Shown here piece by piece: positions 47,639-57,209 of a stretch of DNA of 64,000 bases. Position 1 is the first letter of the stretch. Every line of letters begins with the position of its first letter. The position numbers were made by a program, and so were the translations under genes. The stretch covers positions 4,233 to 68,232 of the forward strand of contig JABLXH010000015.1 of the NCBI GenBank assembly GCA_013178155.1, written 5' to 3'. The notes under the pieces are model-generated. The model did not search any database. It was given only the letters and a program-made list of their open reading frames with translations, and was not told the origin of the DNA. This stretch comes from Armatimonadota bacterium (lineage in GTDB: Bacteria; Armatimonadota; Zipacnadia; Zipacnadales; UBA11051).

Positions 47639-49117
47639 TCACCTCAGCCGGGTTGTGACGATACGGTCATCGCCATGGTGGTCGAGGACGCAGGTCTGCA
47701 CCCAGAGCTCCTCGCCGGGGATCTCAGTCATCTGCAAGGTCACGTCAGCACTGCTCAGTCCACGCACCGGCGCGATGGCATGACCCAGTTGGCGGGTCAA
47801 GAGCGTCACCGGCCGGTCGAAGGTCGCTCGCGGAGCGGCGGCGCGTTCCGGGTTGCCGTTGTAGACCACCACCAGTGCGCGCTCGATGTCGAAGACGCCG
47901 CGGTTCCGCAGCCGGACCCGAAGCGCCGGCTGGGGACTCCGAGTCCCTGCCTGGCGTTCCGCCAGGAGGTGGCATCCTGCCACCTCGACGCGCAGGCTCT
48001 GGGCGAGTTCGGTGGGGCGCAGCTTCACGGCTGCTGCCGCGTCCAGTATGCCCCAGCCCAGCTTGCTGTCCCACTCCTGGCTCAGGCCCGTAGGGAAAGA
48101 CTTCGGTCGGTCTGTGCGTTCCGCGCTGGACCGGCTGGAACCAGTCGCTCGCGTACCATCGCGCCCTCCGGCGCGGCCGGAAGCCATGCCTGCCGGACCA
48201 TGCCGTGCAGCGGTGTTCCGGAGCACCTGCCGTAGCTGGTCGTTGGTCAGCTTCGGGAAACGCGACCACACCAGCGCCGCGACACCGCCGGCGAAGCCTG
48301 CAGCCATGCAACCGCCCTCCGAGGCCACGTACTTGCCGTTGCCGCCGGTGGACCACACGCGGTCCAGTTCGTCGCCAGTGCCCCTGTCACCAGCCGGAGC
48401 CGCCACCTCAACGTAGTCGGCATCGGGGGCGATATCGGCAGGGCCCCCGTGGCGGCTGCTGGAGCCCACCGCCACCACGCAGTCCAGGGCTGTGGTGGCG
48501 AAAGCCGCGCGCCGGCCACGGTTGTCTATGACCCCGCAGCAGATGAGGCAGCCCGCGTCATAGGCCGCCTCCAGCGCCTGCCGCAAGCGAGGGTTGTCCA
48601 CCGGGGCGCCGAAGTCCGTCCCACGGTAGAAGAGCGGCACCGGCGAAGCGGTCCGTCCATGGCTGATGAAGCCATGCGGCATGACCAGCACCTGTGCCCC
48701 GTGCTCGACTGCGTACTCGATGCCTCGCGCCCAGTTGTCCTTGGGCGCACGGTAGCCCACCCGCACCGCCATGACGCGGCACTCCGGCGCACAGGCGATG
48801 ACTTCGCCGACGATGAAGGAGTGGTGGTCGCGGTAGTAGGGGGTGTCTGCTCCCGGCCCCGCAGGCTCCAGGGTGGCATCGTCGTCCGCGCAGTCCCAGC
48901 CGTGCAAGTCGCCCCGGCGCGGCCGCGGGTTCACCCACAGGTGCCCGGCATGGTGTGGGTGCGGGTTGTAGCCCAGGTCAATGACCGCGACGACCACATC
49001 GGGGTTGCCCCGGATGACCCTATGGGCCTGCGGCACCCGCAGCTGCCGCAGGGGCCAGCCATAGGGCGTGCGGTGGAGAGTATCCAGGTGCAGGCTGGGG
49101 CTCAACTTGCCGCCCAT
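47639..49117 (-). CDS. Subtilisin-fold (S8) protein with Cys at the nucleophile position
   Basis: VVVAVIDLG, HGWD, DHHSFIVG, VVAVGS, VAAPAG, EGGCMAAGFAGGVAALVWS, LRQVLRNTA, GWGILDA.AAV. Confidence 0.78.
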   Translation of the reverse strand: MGGKLSPSLHLDTLHRTPYGWPLRQLRVPQAHRVIRGNPDVVVAVIDLGYNPHPHHAGHLWVNPRPRRGDLHGWDCADDDATLEPAGPGADTPYYRDHHSFIVGEVIACAPECRVMAVRVGYRAPKDNWARGIEYAVEHGAQVLVMPHGFISHGRTASPVPLFYRGTDFGAPVDNPRLRQALEAAYDAGCLICCGVIDNRGRRAAFATTALDCVVAVGSSSRHGGPADIAPDADYVEVAAPAGDRGTGDELDRVWSTGGNGKYVASEGGCMAAGFAGGVAALVWSRFPKLTNDQLRQVLRNTAARHGPAGMASGRAGGRDGTRATGSSRSSAERTDRPKSFPTGLSQEWDSKLGWGILDAAAAVKLRPTELAQSLRVEVAGCHLLAERQAGTRSPQPALRVRLRNRGVFDIERALVVVYNGNPERAAAPRATFDRPVTLLTRQLGHAIAPVRGLSSADVTLQMTEIPGEELWVQTCVLDHHGDDRIVTTRLR

Positions 49118-50142
49118 CAGCCGTACACCCCAAACTCGGCGATGGCGTCCGCCATCGCGCGGACGTTCTCGTCCTTCATGTCGGCGGTCAGGCTGTTGGA
49201 GGAGGAGATGATGTAGCCACCTCCTGCGCCGATGTGCTCGATGCGGTCGCGGACCTGCTCCCGGATGTCATGGGGCTGCTTGTGCACGAGATCATCCATG
49301 AAGATGTTGCCCACCAGGCAAAGGCGGTCGCCATACCGGGCCTTGACCGCGTTGATGTCCATTACGTCGGGCTGGAGGGGATGAATGGCGGCCTGTCCCA
49401 GTTGCAGCCAGTCCTCCAGGATGGGCGTCATGTCTCCGTCGCTGTGGGTGATCAGCGGCAGCTCCAGCGCCGCCGCGGCGCGTTGCTGTACCGGCAGCAC
49501 GACCTCCCGGTAGAAGGCTGGCGAGAACATGGGGCCGTTGTTGAAGGCCACGTCATCGAAAGCCCAGAAGACATCGAAGCCGATCTCGGCCAGCCGCGGC
49601 CCCAGGCGGATGGTCCAGTCGGCGTAACGTTCCATGATTTCGACAATCAGCTCCGGGTCATCCGCCATGGCGTAGGAGAAAGCTTCCAGGCCCATGCTCA
49701 TCAGTGTGGCGCCGATGCCCAGGCGGATGCAGGCAATGGCGCAGAAGTCCTCCTTGTGGGCGATGAACTCCCGCGCGCTGTCCAGGAAGCCCGGGGCGTC
49801 CATATCCGGAAACTGCATCTTCGCCAGGTCGTCGCGGGTGTGGATAAGCCCCTCACCGACGACCACGACGCCCTGCAGGCTGGTGCGACCCGCGTAGACG
49901 GGCGCGAAGGCATTGTAGTTGATGTTGTCCTTGCCGAGCGCCCGGCAGACCTTCTTCTGCTGCTCGGCCAGGAACGCGCCCGAGGCCACGGGCGTGCCGT
50001 CCGGAGCGATGTCCCAGTTCACCTCAATCTTCTCTCCGCACAGCCGGGTCGCCAGCTCGTCGCTGACGATGCCCTCAATCCAGGGCACGCGGTCCGGGAT
50101 CTCACGCCGCAAGGCAGCCAACACGCGCTCTCGTGAGGTCAT
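49117..50142 (-). CDS. Uroporphyrinogen decarboxylase / MtaA-CmuA family protein
   Basis: MTSRERV.AAL.REIPDRVP, DDVA....PMFSP..Y, HSDG, HPLQP, LVGNI, GGGYIISSSNS. Confidence 0.87.
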   Translation of the reverse strand: MTSRERVLAALRREIPDRVPWIEGIVSDELATRLCGEKIEVNWDIAPDGTPVASGAFLAEQQKKVCRALGKDNINYNAFAPVYAGRTSLQGVVVVGEGLIHTRDDLAKMQFPDMDAPGFLDSAREFIAHKEDFCAIACIRLGIGATLMSMGLEAFSYAMADDPELIVEIMERYADWTIRLGPRLAEIGFDVFWAFDDVAFNNGPMFSPAFYREVVLPVQQRAAAALELPLITHSDGDMTPILEDWLQLGQAAIHPLQPDVMDINAVKARYGDRLCLVGNIFMDDLVHKQPHDIREQVRDRIEHIGAGGGYIISSSNSLTADMKDENVRAMADAIAEFGVYG

Positions 50143-50179
50143 CGGTGGCTTCTCTCCGTTCGTGTAACGTCGGGCGCCG

Positions 50180-51136
50180 CTAGCGGCACTCCACGCGCTG
50201 ACCCGTAGCTGCCGCCTCCGTGGCCCACAAGGCCAGCCGATTGGCTCGCAGCGACGCTTCCTGCGGGATCAGGTCGCCCCCGGCCAGCCAGTCGGCGACC
50301 ACGGACGTCGCCGGTGGCAGCGTCTCGAGTACCTGGCCCTCACCGCTCGGGTCCGTGACGGTGACGCGGCTGGCGGTCATATCGAGGTCGGCAAAGCCCC
50401 GCGTACCGGCCACAGTGACGCGGTAGTCCGATCCCCGGGTGTCTGGCAACATGCGCTGGCCCTCGCAGACCGCAGCGGCACCCTCCAGCTCACAGAAGAC
50501 ACTGGCATGATCGCGCAGGTGCCGCTCGTCGGGGTAGCCCAGGTTGCCGGTGACGGCCGATACGGCGACCGTCTTCTGACCCGTAAGCCATTCGACGTAG
50601 TCCAGGCCGTGGATCAGCAGGTCCAGGAAGAGCCCGCCAGAACGCCGCACATCGAGAAACCAGGGGGGTCGCGCGGCGCGCTTGAGCTGAACAGCCATGC
50701 GCACATGGACGAACGCCGGCGTACCGAGACGCCCTGACTGCACCACGCCTCGCAACCCGGCCCAGAGGGGATGGCCACGGAGGGTCAGGAGATTCAGTAG
50801 CTTGCGACCGGAAGCGGCGACTGCCTCCTCCACGGCTCGCTGCTGGTCCCAGGTGACGGCCAGGGGCTTGTCGCAGACGACGTCACAGCCGGCGTGCAGG
50901 GCGGCCACGATCGTCTCGGCTCGCAGGTCGTTTTCATTGGCGACGGCCACCAGGTCGGGCTGGAAACGTTGTAAGAGTTCCTGGTAGCCCACCACCACCG
51001 GGCAGCCGAACTGCTCGGCGGCTTGAGCGGCCTGGTCGGCACGCACCGCGGCGCCCACGATCTCCAGTTGTTGCCCGCGGAGGGCGGTGATCTCGCTGAT
51101 GTGGGTCTCGCCGCCGACGATCCCGACCCGTCGCAT
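50180..51136 (-). CDS. Gfo/Idh/MocA family oxidoreductase
   Basis: VGIVGG..H, CDKPLA, SGGLFLDLLIHGLD; GGAGG RBS before MRRVG. Confidence 0.85.
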   Translation of the reverse strand: MRRVGIVGGETHISEITALRGQQLEIVGAAVRADQAAQAAEQFGCPVVVGYQELLQRFQPDLVAVANENDLRAETIVAALHAGCDVVCDKPLAVTWDQQRAVEEAVAASGRKLLNLLTLRGHPLWAGLRGVVQSGRLGTPAFVHVRMAVQLKRAARPPWFLDVRRSGGLFLDLLIHGLDYVEWLTGQKTVAVSAVTGNLGYPDERHLRDHASVFCELEGAAAVCEGQRMLPDTRGSDYRVTVAGTRGFADLDMTASRVTVTDPSGEGQVLETLPPATSVVADWLAGGDLIPQEASLRANRLALWATEAAATGQRVECR

Positions 51137-51278
51137 GGGCTTCCTCCGGTGCTGGTCTGAGACCGGAATATAGACCGGGGCGACGTTGTTCTCCTTCCCG
51201 AGATAACCCGCCACGCAGGTCGACCGGGGCTGCAGACGGAAGCACGCGGCCAACCATTGCCGGGAGGTGGCCGGGGCC

Positions 51279-52361
51279 ATGCGACCCGCAACCAGGCTGC
51301 GACAGGCCATGTCACGGGCGATCCGCGAGGGGCAGACGCCGGGCGTAGTGGTGCTGGTGGGAAAGGGTGACGACGTGCTCTTCCATGAGGCGGTCGGCGA
51401 GCGGATGGCCGTTCCCGACCACCGACCGATGGAGCTGGACACCGTCTTCGACCTGGCCTCACTGACCAAGCCGGTCGCCACGGCCACGGTCGTGATGCAG
51501 CTTATCGAACGAGGGGTGCTGGGACTGCGAGACCCGGTGCGACAATGGCTGCCCGAGTACACGGGCTCCGGACGCGACCACACCACGCTTTGGCACCTGC
51601 TGACCCACTGCTCGGGCCTCCCCGCCTACAAGCAGTACGCCGACGCCCTGGGGCCCCGCGTGCCCAGGGCCCGGCGGCGGCCGGAGGTCGTCGCCGACAT
51701 TTGCCGGCTGCCGCTGCAGCACGCCCCGGGCAAAGGGTTCATCTACTCGTGCCTGGGCTACATCCTGCTGGCCTCGGTCGTGGAGCGGGCCACCGGGCAG
51801 CCGCTGGACCGCTGCTTCCGCGACCAGGTGGCGCGGCCGCTGGGGTTGTATGACACGATGTTCTGCCCGTCGCCGGCGCGAGTGGCTCGCTGCGCCGCCA
51901 CCGAGCAGCTCCCCTCGGGGGTGCTCCTGGGCGTGGTCCATGATGAGAACGCCCGGTACCTGAACGGGGTCGGCGGCAACGCCGGGCTTTTCAGTACGGC
52001 CCCGGACCTGTCGCGGTTCATGCGGATGCTGCTGGGCGGCGGGATGCTGGGGGGCGTGCGCATCCTGGAGCGCAGGACCGTGAAGGCGATGCTGTCGCCC
52101 CAACTCAGGCTCCCGGGTTGCGTGCGCGGACTGGGATGGGACGTAGACTCCGACTACTCGCCCTCCCTGCGTGGCGACCGCTTTCCGAAGGGCGCCAGCA
52201 TCGGCCACAGTGGCTACACGGGCACCTCGATCTGGGCTGACCCGGCGCAGCGCCTGTATGTCATCATCCTGACCAACCGGGTGCACTACGGGCGGGACAA
52301 GGATGTGCAGAAACTGCGGCGACAGGTGGCGGATGCGGCGTGGGAGTTGGCGCTAGACTGA
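51279..52361 (+). CDS. Serine hydrolase, beta-lactamase/AmiE-like family
   Basis: FDLASLTK (SxxK), LLTH.SG, YSCLGY, GVVHDENA, GNAGLFS, GHSGYTGT, LTNRVH. Confidence 0.9.
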   Translation: MRPATRLRQAMSRAIREGQTPGVVVLVGKGDDVLFHEAVGERMAVPDHRPMELDTVFDLASLTKPVATATVVMQLIERGVLGLRDPVRQWLPEYTGSGRDHTTLWHLLTHCSGLPAYKQYADALGPRVPRARRRPEVVADICRLPLQHAPGKGFIYSCLGYILLASVVERATGQPLDRCFRDQVARPLGLYDTMFCPSPARVARCAATEQLPSGVLLGVVHDENARYLNGVGGNAGLFSTAPDLSRFMRMLLGGGMLGGVRILERRTVKAMLSPQLRLPGCVRGLGWDVDSDYSPSLRGDRFPKGASIGHSGYTGTSIWADPAQRLYVIILTNRVHYGRDKDVQKLRRQVADAAWELALD

Positions 52362-52363
52362 CC

Positions 52364-53641
52364 TCACCCTTGGCCGATGCAGAACAGGTGCTTCTCACCC
52401 CGCACGAACATGCGGCCTGCGGCGAAGGCCGGGGTGGAGTAGACCGCCTCGCCCAGGCGCCCCGACCCCAACTGCCGGAACTCGCGAGCCGCGGCCACCA
52501 CGAAGGCGTCGCCGGTCTCGCTGAACAGGACAAGCTTGTCCCCGGCCAGGGCTGGGGATGACCGGAACCTCCCCTCCAGGTTCTCTGTCCAGAGCAGTTC
52601 GCCCTGTGCGGCATCGTAACAGCTCAACAGACCGTCCGAGGCGAGGGTGAAGACAAGCTTGCCGTCGCTGAGCGGGCTGCAGATGTCCGGCAGCTGCCCT
52701 CTCACCGACCAGGCCACGTGGCTGTCGGTGACGTCTCCCTGACCGTCGGGCCGAATGGCAGTTAGCTCCGCGTAGATGTTGGCGACGATGACCAGGCCAT
52801 TGGCGAAGATGGGCGAGGGCGCGGAGTCCCCCTCGATGCAGTTCACCCGCCAGTACTCCTCGCCGCTGACCGGGTTGTAGGCGATGACCCAGGGCTTGGC
52901 GCTGGTGATGAGTTCCTCGCGCTGGCCGGTGTTGATGACAATCGGGGTGGTCCATGAGCCCTGCACCGGGCGGGGGATGTCCCAGACGGTCTGCCCGGTG
53001 AGCCGATCGAGGGCCACCAGATGGGACTTGCCGATGTCGGGCTTGCCCAGGTCGATCTGGACATAGAGCAGATCGCCATGCACCACGGGCGAGGATGCAT
53101 GTCCGTAGATGTCCTCGTGCATGGGAAAGTGGCGCTGCCAGACCAGGGCGCCGGAGAAGTCCAGTGCGACCACATGGCCGGTGGGGAAGACGGCGTAGAA
53201 ACGCTCACCGTCGGTGGCTCCCGTGGGCGCCGCGTAGCCGGTCATCTCGTGAAGGCGCAGGGGCGGGTCGGTCGCCTCGCCGGGCGCGACAGCGGTTGTC
53301 CACAGGCGGCGACCGCTGCCGGTGTCGAGGCAGTAGACTTCCCGGGCGTTCGCGTCAGCCCCGGTCGCAAAGAGATGATCGCCCCAGATGACCGGGGAGT
53401 TGGCGCCCGGCAGCGGCAGCGCGGCCTGCCAAAGGATACCTTCGCCCGACGCTGCGTCCCAGTCTGGCGGGAGGCTGACGTCCGGAGCGATGCCGGAGCC
53501 GTCGGCGCCGCGGAACCGTGGCCAGTAGTCTGCCGGGGGCTGCGCGGGAGCCAGAACCACGAAAGCTAGCAGTCCGAGCACGAAGCTGCAGGCCGCAGCG
53601 AAGCCGCGGCCCGACCAGTGGCACCGAGTGGTTCTTGCCAT
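52364..53641 (-). CDS. PQQ-binding-like beta-propeller repeat protein, secreted
   Basis: Signal peptide, WPRFRG..G.G, SPVIWGD, repeated LD..TG...W and SP blades. Confidence 0.88.
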   Translation of the reverse strand: MARTTRCHWSGRGFAAACSFVLGLLAFVVLAPAQPPADYWPRFRGADGSGIAPDVSLPPDWDAASGEGILWQAALPLPGANSPVIWGDHLFATGADANAREVYCLDTGSGRRLWTTAVAPGEATDPPLRLHEMTGYAAPTGATDGERFYAVFPTGHVVALDFSGALVWQRHFPMHEDIYGHASSPVVHGDLLYVQIDLGKPDIGKSHLVALDRLTGQTVWDIPRPVQGSWTTPIVINTGQREELITSAKPWVIAYNPVSGEEYWRVNCIEGDSAPSPIFANGLVIVANIYAELTAIRPDGQGDVTDSHVAWSVRGQLPDICSPLSDGKLVFTLASDGLLSCYDAAQGELLWTENLEGRFRSSPALAGDKLVLFSETGDAFVVAAAREFRQLGSGRLGEAVYSTPAFAAGRMFVRGEKHLFCIGQG

Positions 53642-53695
53642 CTCACCACCTCCAGAGTGGGTCCCCTGACCGCTGCCAGCACTCGACCTGTGGCC

Positions 53696-55663
53696 TTAGG
53701 GCCAGGGGAAAAACGGCGCGGGGACGCGCCAGATGCTGGCAATGGCGGCCCAGATGACGGCCAGCAGGAACTCCCCGAGAATCAGACCCAGGAAGAAGGG
53801 CCGCAGGTTCAGATAGACCTTCATGCCTCCGTAGCGGAGGATGACCGACTTGACGATCCAGGCAACGAGGATCGGCCACCAGAAGACGATCATGCTCCAG
53901 GAGCCCGAGAGCGCGAAACCCAGGGGCGAGAACGGCCACCAGACGTGCTGGGTGCGCATGTAGGCCAGGAAGGTCGCAAACCCGATGCCGGCCAGGAAGA
54001 AGATGGGTAGCCGGAAGTCGTACTTGTCAGGCGTCTCCATGACCGGCTGGAAGTAGGTGAAGCCGGCGAAGGCATTCCACTTGTAGGAGTAACCGTAGAG
54101 TGTCACCGCGCCCTTGTGGTAGGGCAGGACGAGCTGGATGATGCCTCCCGCTATCAGCGCGACGCCGAAGGCAGCCGCCACCGACCAGAAGAGCTGACGC
54201 CGGTCCAGCTTCGTCAGGTCAGCCATCTTCAGGCCGTCAAGGAACGTGGACAGCAGATTGCCGCGCAGATCGCGGGTGAAGACAGCATCTACCATGGCCA
54301 GCGCCGTCAGGGTGCTGCCACCGAGGGCGCGCTGGGTGGTGAACACGCGGATCAGGTCCACGGGCCGGAAGCTGGTCTCGGTCATCAGCATCCCGGCTTC
54401 CGAGACACTGCGGGCCATGACCAGCACGACGAGGAACAGAAAGACCCCGATCTCCACTGCGGCCATCCACAGGCTCATGCCCAGCAGATGGCACCAGTAC
54501 ACCGCGGTGATGACGGAGATGATCAGCCCGAAGACTGCGGTGCGCGGCGAAAGGAACTCCGAGCGCCCCTCGGCGGGCTGGTTGCTCACGGCGCGCCGCC
54601 AGAAGTCTCGCAGGTGCGGCAGGGCTGACTTCACCAGGTACGCGCTCAGAACCACGTAGGCTCCGGTGACGTGGTAGCCATTCCAGAGGCTGGTGGGGTA
54701 CAGCGACATGGGCTGCAGGCTCTGACCAAACAGGGAGAAGACGATGTTTTCGGCCCGGCAGAGCAGGAACATGGACCACAGCGAGACCAGAACCTGAGAG
54801 GGAAGGAAGTAGCTGAAGCCGACGGCCGCCAAGGAGCAGTAGGCCACCGTGTAGTCCAGGTCAGTCCACGGCTTGGCGTGCATGTACTGGTTCAGCGGAT
54901 ACTGCAGCGGGATCATGGGAATGGCGGGATACAGGCCGTGCAGACCGTTGAGCGTGAAGACGAAGGCCGGGATGGAAAAGCCCAGCCAGGTGAGACGGTT
55001 GCGGAGGAAGGAGTCCGGCACCGACTGGTCGCGCGAAAGCTCGACCGGGAGCTGCACCAGCGGAAAACTGAGTTTCTCGTTATCCACCCACTGCCGGCGC
55101 AGGATGGCCGCCAGGCAGGCGTAGGCAAAGGTAAGGGCCAGGATGACCACGAGCCAGGCGGCGATAGGGCCCAGCCAGGGCCTCCAGGGGATGCTGCCAT
55201 ACGGCGGCAGGCCCTCGTAGAAGTCCACGACCAGCTTCTGACGACCCACCCCCTTGACGTCGAAGGGGACCGCCCACTGCGGAATATGCTGGTAGTAAGT
55301 CTTCTCCCAGTGATTGGCCTCAGTGGTGTGATAGTTGACCGCGACGAGGGTGGGGAGCCAGCGCTCCATCAGCCCCCGGGAGGTGGTCAGCGCGGCCACC
55401 AGGACCATCATGTAGATGACGATGATCTCATGGGCCGCCAGGCCAAGCCGACTTGGGACGGCCCGCACGGCCATGTTCAGCAAGACCAACAGGAAGAACA
55501 GCCCGATGGCGGCAGGCGCGAACTGGCAGATGGCGATCTGGATGGAGGTGACCACCAGTTCGGCCCAACTGACAACAAAACACACCGCCGCCGCGCCGAT
55601 GAGCCCGATCACGATGGCGACCGGGCGAACGCGGTAGAGGGTCAGCGTGGTGCTCTCCGCCAT
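53696..55663 (-). CDS. DUF6785/DUF6784-like polytopic membrane protein (putative transporter)
   Basis: IPWRPWLGP, RRQWVDNEKLSFPLVQLP, WWPFSPLGF, LRYGG...Y...RPFFLGLILGE; many TM helices. Confidence 0.75.
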   Translation of the reverse strand: MAESTTLTLYRVRPVAIVIGLIGAAAVCFVVSWAELVVTSIQIAICQFAPAAIGLFFLLVLLNMAVRAVPSRLGLAAHEIIVIYMMVLVAALTTSRGLMERWLPTLVAVNYHTTEANHWEKTYYQHIPQWAVPFDVKGVGRQKLVVDFYEGLPPYGSIPWRPWLGPIAAWLVVILALTFAYACLAAILRRQWVDNEKLSFPLVQLPVELSRDQSVPDSFLRNRLTWLGFSIPAFVFTLNGLHGLYPAIPMIPLQYPLNQYMHAKPWTDLDYTVAYCSLAAVGFSYFLPSQVLVSLWSMFLLCRAENIVFSLFGQSLQPMSLYPTSLWNGYHVTGAYVVLSAYLVKSALPHLRDFWRRAVSNQPAEGRSEFLSPRTAVFGLIISVITAVYWCHLLGMSLWMAAVEIGVFLFLVVLVMARSVSEAGMLMTETSFRPVDLIRVFTTQRALGGSTLTALAMVDAVFTRDLRGNLLSTFLDGLKMADLTKLDRRQLFWSVAAAFGVALIAGGIIQLVLPYHKGAVTLYGYSYKWNAFAGFTYFQPVMETPDKYDFRLPIFFLAGIGFATFLAYMRTQHVWWPFSPLGFALSGSWSMIVFWWPILVAWIVKSVILRYGGMKVYLNLRPFFLGLILGEFLLAVIWAAIASIWRVPAPFFPWP

Positions 55664-55681
55664 GCCTTGGCTGCTCCAGCG

Positions 55682-57181
55682 TTAGTCCGTGAATCGGAAG
55701 GCGTAGAGGTCGGCGTCGCAGAGCTCAAAGCGCAGGCGCACCGGCTTGCCGGCCAACGCCGCCAGCGCCGCCGGGTCCCTGAACGGCACGACCCGCGCCA
55801 GGTCATCACCGAAGACCTCCGGGCAATCCGCCAGCGTCAGCCCCGGCAGAGGCTGCCCGGCCTCGTCCTGCACCTCTACCCGGATACGACCGGCCGCGCC
55901 GGTGGAGAAGTTCAGCACCAGCTTGCCCCCGCTGAACACCAGCGGCTTTGTAACCAGTTCCCCACCACTCAGGGGCGCCTGCACCGACACAAAACCATCT
56001 GTCCGCAGTGTGTACCGCCGCAGCCAGCACTTGTCGCCCTGCAGGGTTCCTTCGGTCACATAGATGGACAACTCGTCCGGGGCGCCGACGATGGTGGACG
56101 GTGTCTCGACCAGTCCCCAGTTCTGATAGTTGTCGCCGTAGAACCAGCTGTACTCGGTGCGTAGGCCCGGCCGGATGAACGATTCGGGCCAGATGCGGAA
56201 GTGCAATCCATCGCGGCTGGCCATGAACATGCCGTCGGTGATAGCCGTTCCCTCGCGCTGGGAGATAGCAGCGCGCAACTGGCGGTACTCAAGCTGCGGC
56301 AGGGCCTCCGTCGAGGGCGACCAGCCGCGGTCGAGGTAGCGTGTCGGGAAGCCCAGGAACAGGTGCGGCGCGCGGTGGTAGGGCGTGATCTGGTTGGTGT
56401 ACAACTCGCTGGTGCGGCCGGGCGTGTACTCCAGGAAGACCGGGGCGGTCCAGTTGACGAAGTCCTTCGACGTGCAGGTCATGATATCGCGACCGTCGCG
56501 GAAGCTGCGATGGTACTCCCGGTATTCGCCCCGCAGCGAGTCCCAGAAGGCCAGGTTCTGAGAGTCAAACGCACCCTCCGTGATGACCGGCTTGTCGTGG
56601 AGAAGGGACCAGTGCACGCCGTCGGGCGACTTGAAGACCCATAAACCTCCGCCCTCGCCTCCCAAACCTCCGAGAGCCTTATAACGCGCCTCCGGCGGGC
56701 AAGCTGGGTTCGTGTCTCTGAAGGGCGTGAAGTTGTGAGATGCATGCCTGGTGGTCTCGTTGCCCATCCACACGATGTTGTTGTCGCGCGAGCCCGCGAA
56801 CTCAAAGAGCCCCAACCGGGGCTTGACCCAGTGGATGCCGTCGGCGCTGACAGCCATGCAGGTCACTTCAGGGTTAGGCGAAGTGATGCTGTCACGAGCG
56901 TAGGTGACCTGCACGCCGCGATAGTACATCCGGTACAGTTCGCCGTCGCGGAAAACGGTCACATAGTTGGTCGCATTGCCCTCCCAGGGCTCGTCGCAGA
57001 CAAGGGCCACATCCTGTGGCGCCGGGTGGTGCAGAACCTGTCGCGCGCCGCCGCTAAGGGTATCAATCAGGGCATCGTCCACCAGCAGCTCCAGGCGCGA
57101 GCCGATGTTGAGCGGCTCCTGCGCTTGCGCCCCCAGACCGGTGAGACCAATGGCCAGCAGAATGGACATGAGACCCATCAC
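55682..57181 (-). CDS. Secreted five-bladed beta-propeller glycosidase-like protein
   Basis: Signal peptide, ELLVDD, PWEG, YRMYY, S.DGIHW.KP, FDSQN, LR.DGFVS, DLYAF.F. Confidence 0.65.
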   Translation of the reverse strand: MMGLMSILLAIGLTGLGAQAQEPLNIGSRLELLVDDALIDTLSGGARQVLHHPAPQDVALVCDEPWEGNATNYVTVFRDGELYRMYYRGVQVTYARDSITSPNPEVTCMAVSADGIHWVKPRLGLFEFAGSRDNNIVWMGNETTRHASHNFTPFRDTNPACPPEARYKALGGLGGEGGGLWVFKSPDGVHWSLLHDKPVITEGAFDSQNLAFWDSLRGEYREYHRSFRDGRDIMTCTSKDFVNWTAPVFLEYTPGRTSELYTNQITPYHRAPHLFLGFPTRYLDRGWSPSTEALPQLEYRQLRAAISQREGTAITDGMFMASRDGLHFRIWPESFIRPGLRTEYSWFYGDNYQNWGLVETPSTIVGAPDELSIYVTEGTLQGDKCWLRRYTLRTDGFVSVQAPLSGGELVTKPLVFSGGKLVLNFSTGAAGRIRVEVQDEAGQPLPGLTLADCPEVFGDDLARVVPFRDPAALAALAGKPVRLRFELCDADLYAFRFTD

Positions 57182-57209
57182 TCACTTCCTCCTGGGATTC
57201 CCCGGCCCG

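Noticed and set aside
46509-50142. hemE assignment for the UroD-family genes
   Set aside because: They lack the MRQAGR motif of true HemE and have no tetrapyrrole gene context.
51279-52361. Antibiotic-resistance beta-lactamase
   Set aside because: No signal peptide; motifs (HDENA, GHSGYTG) fit the AmiE/esterase-like branch.
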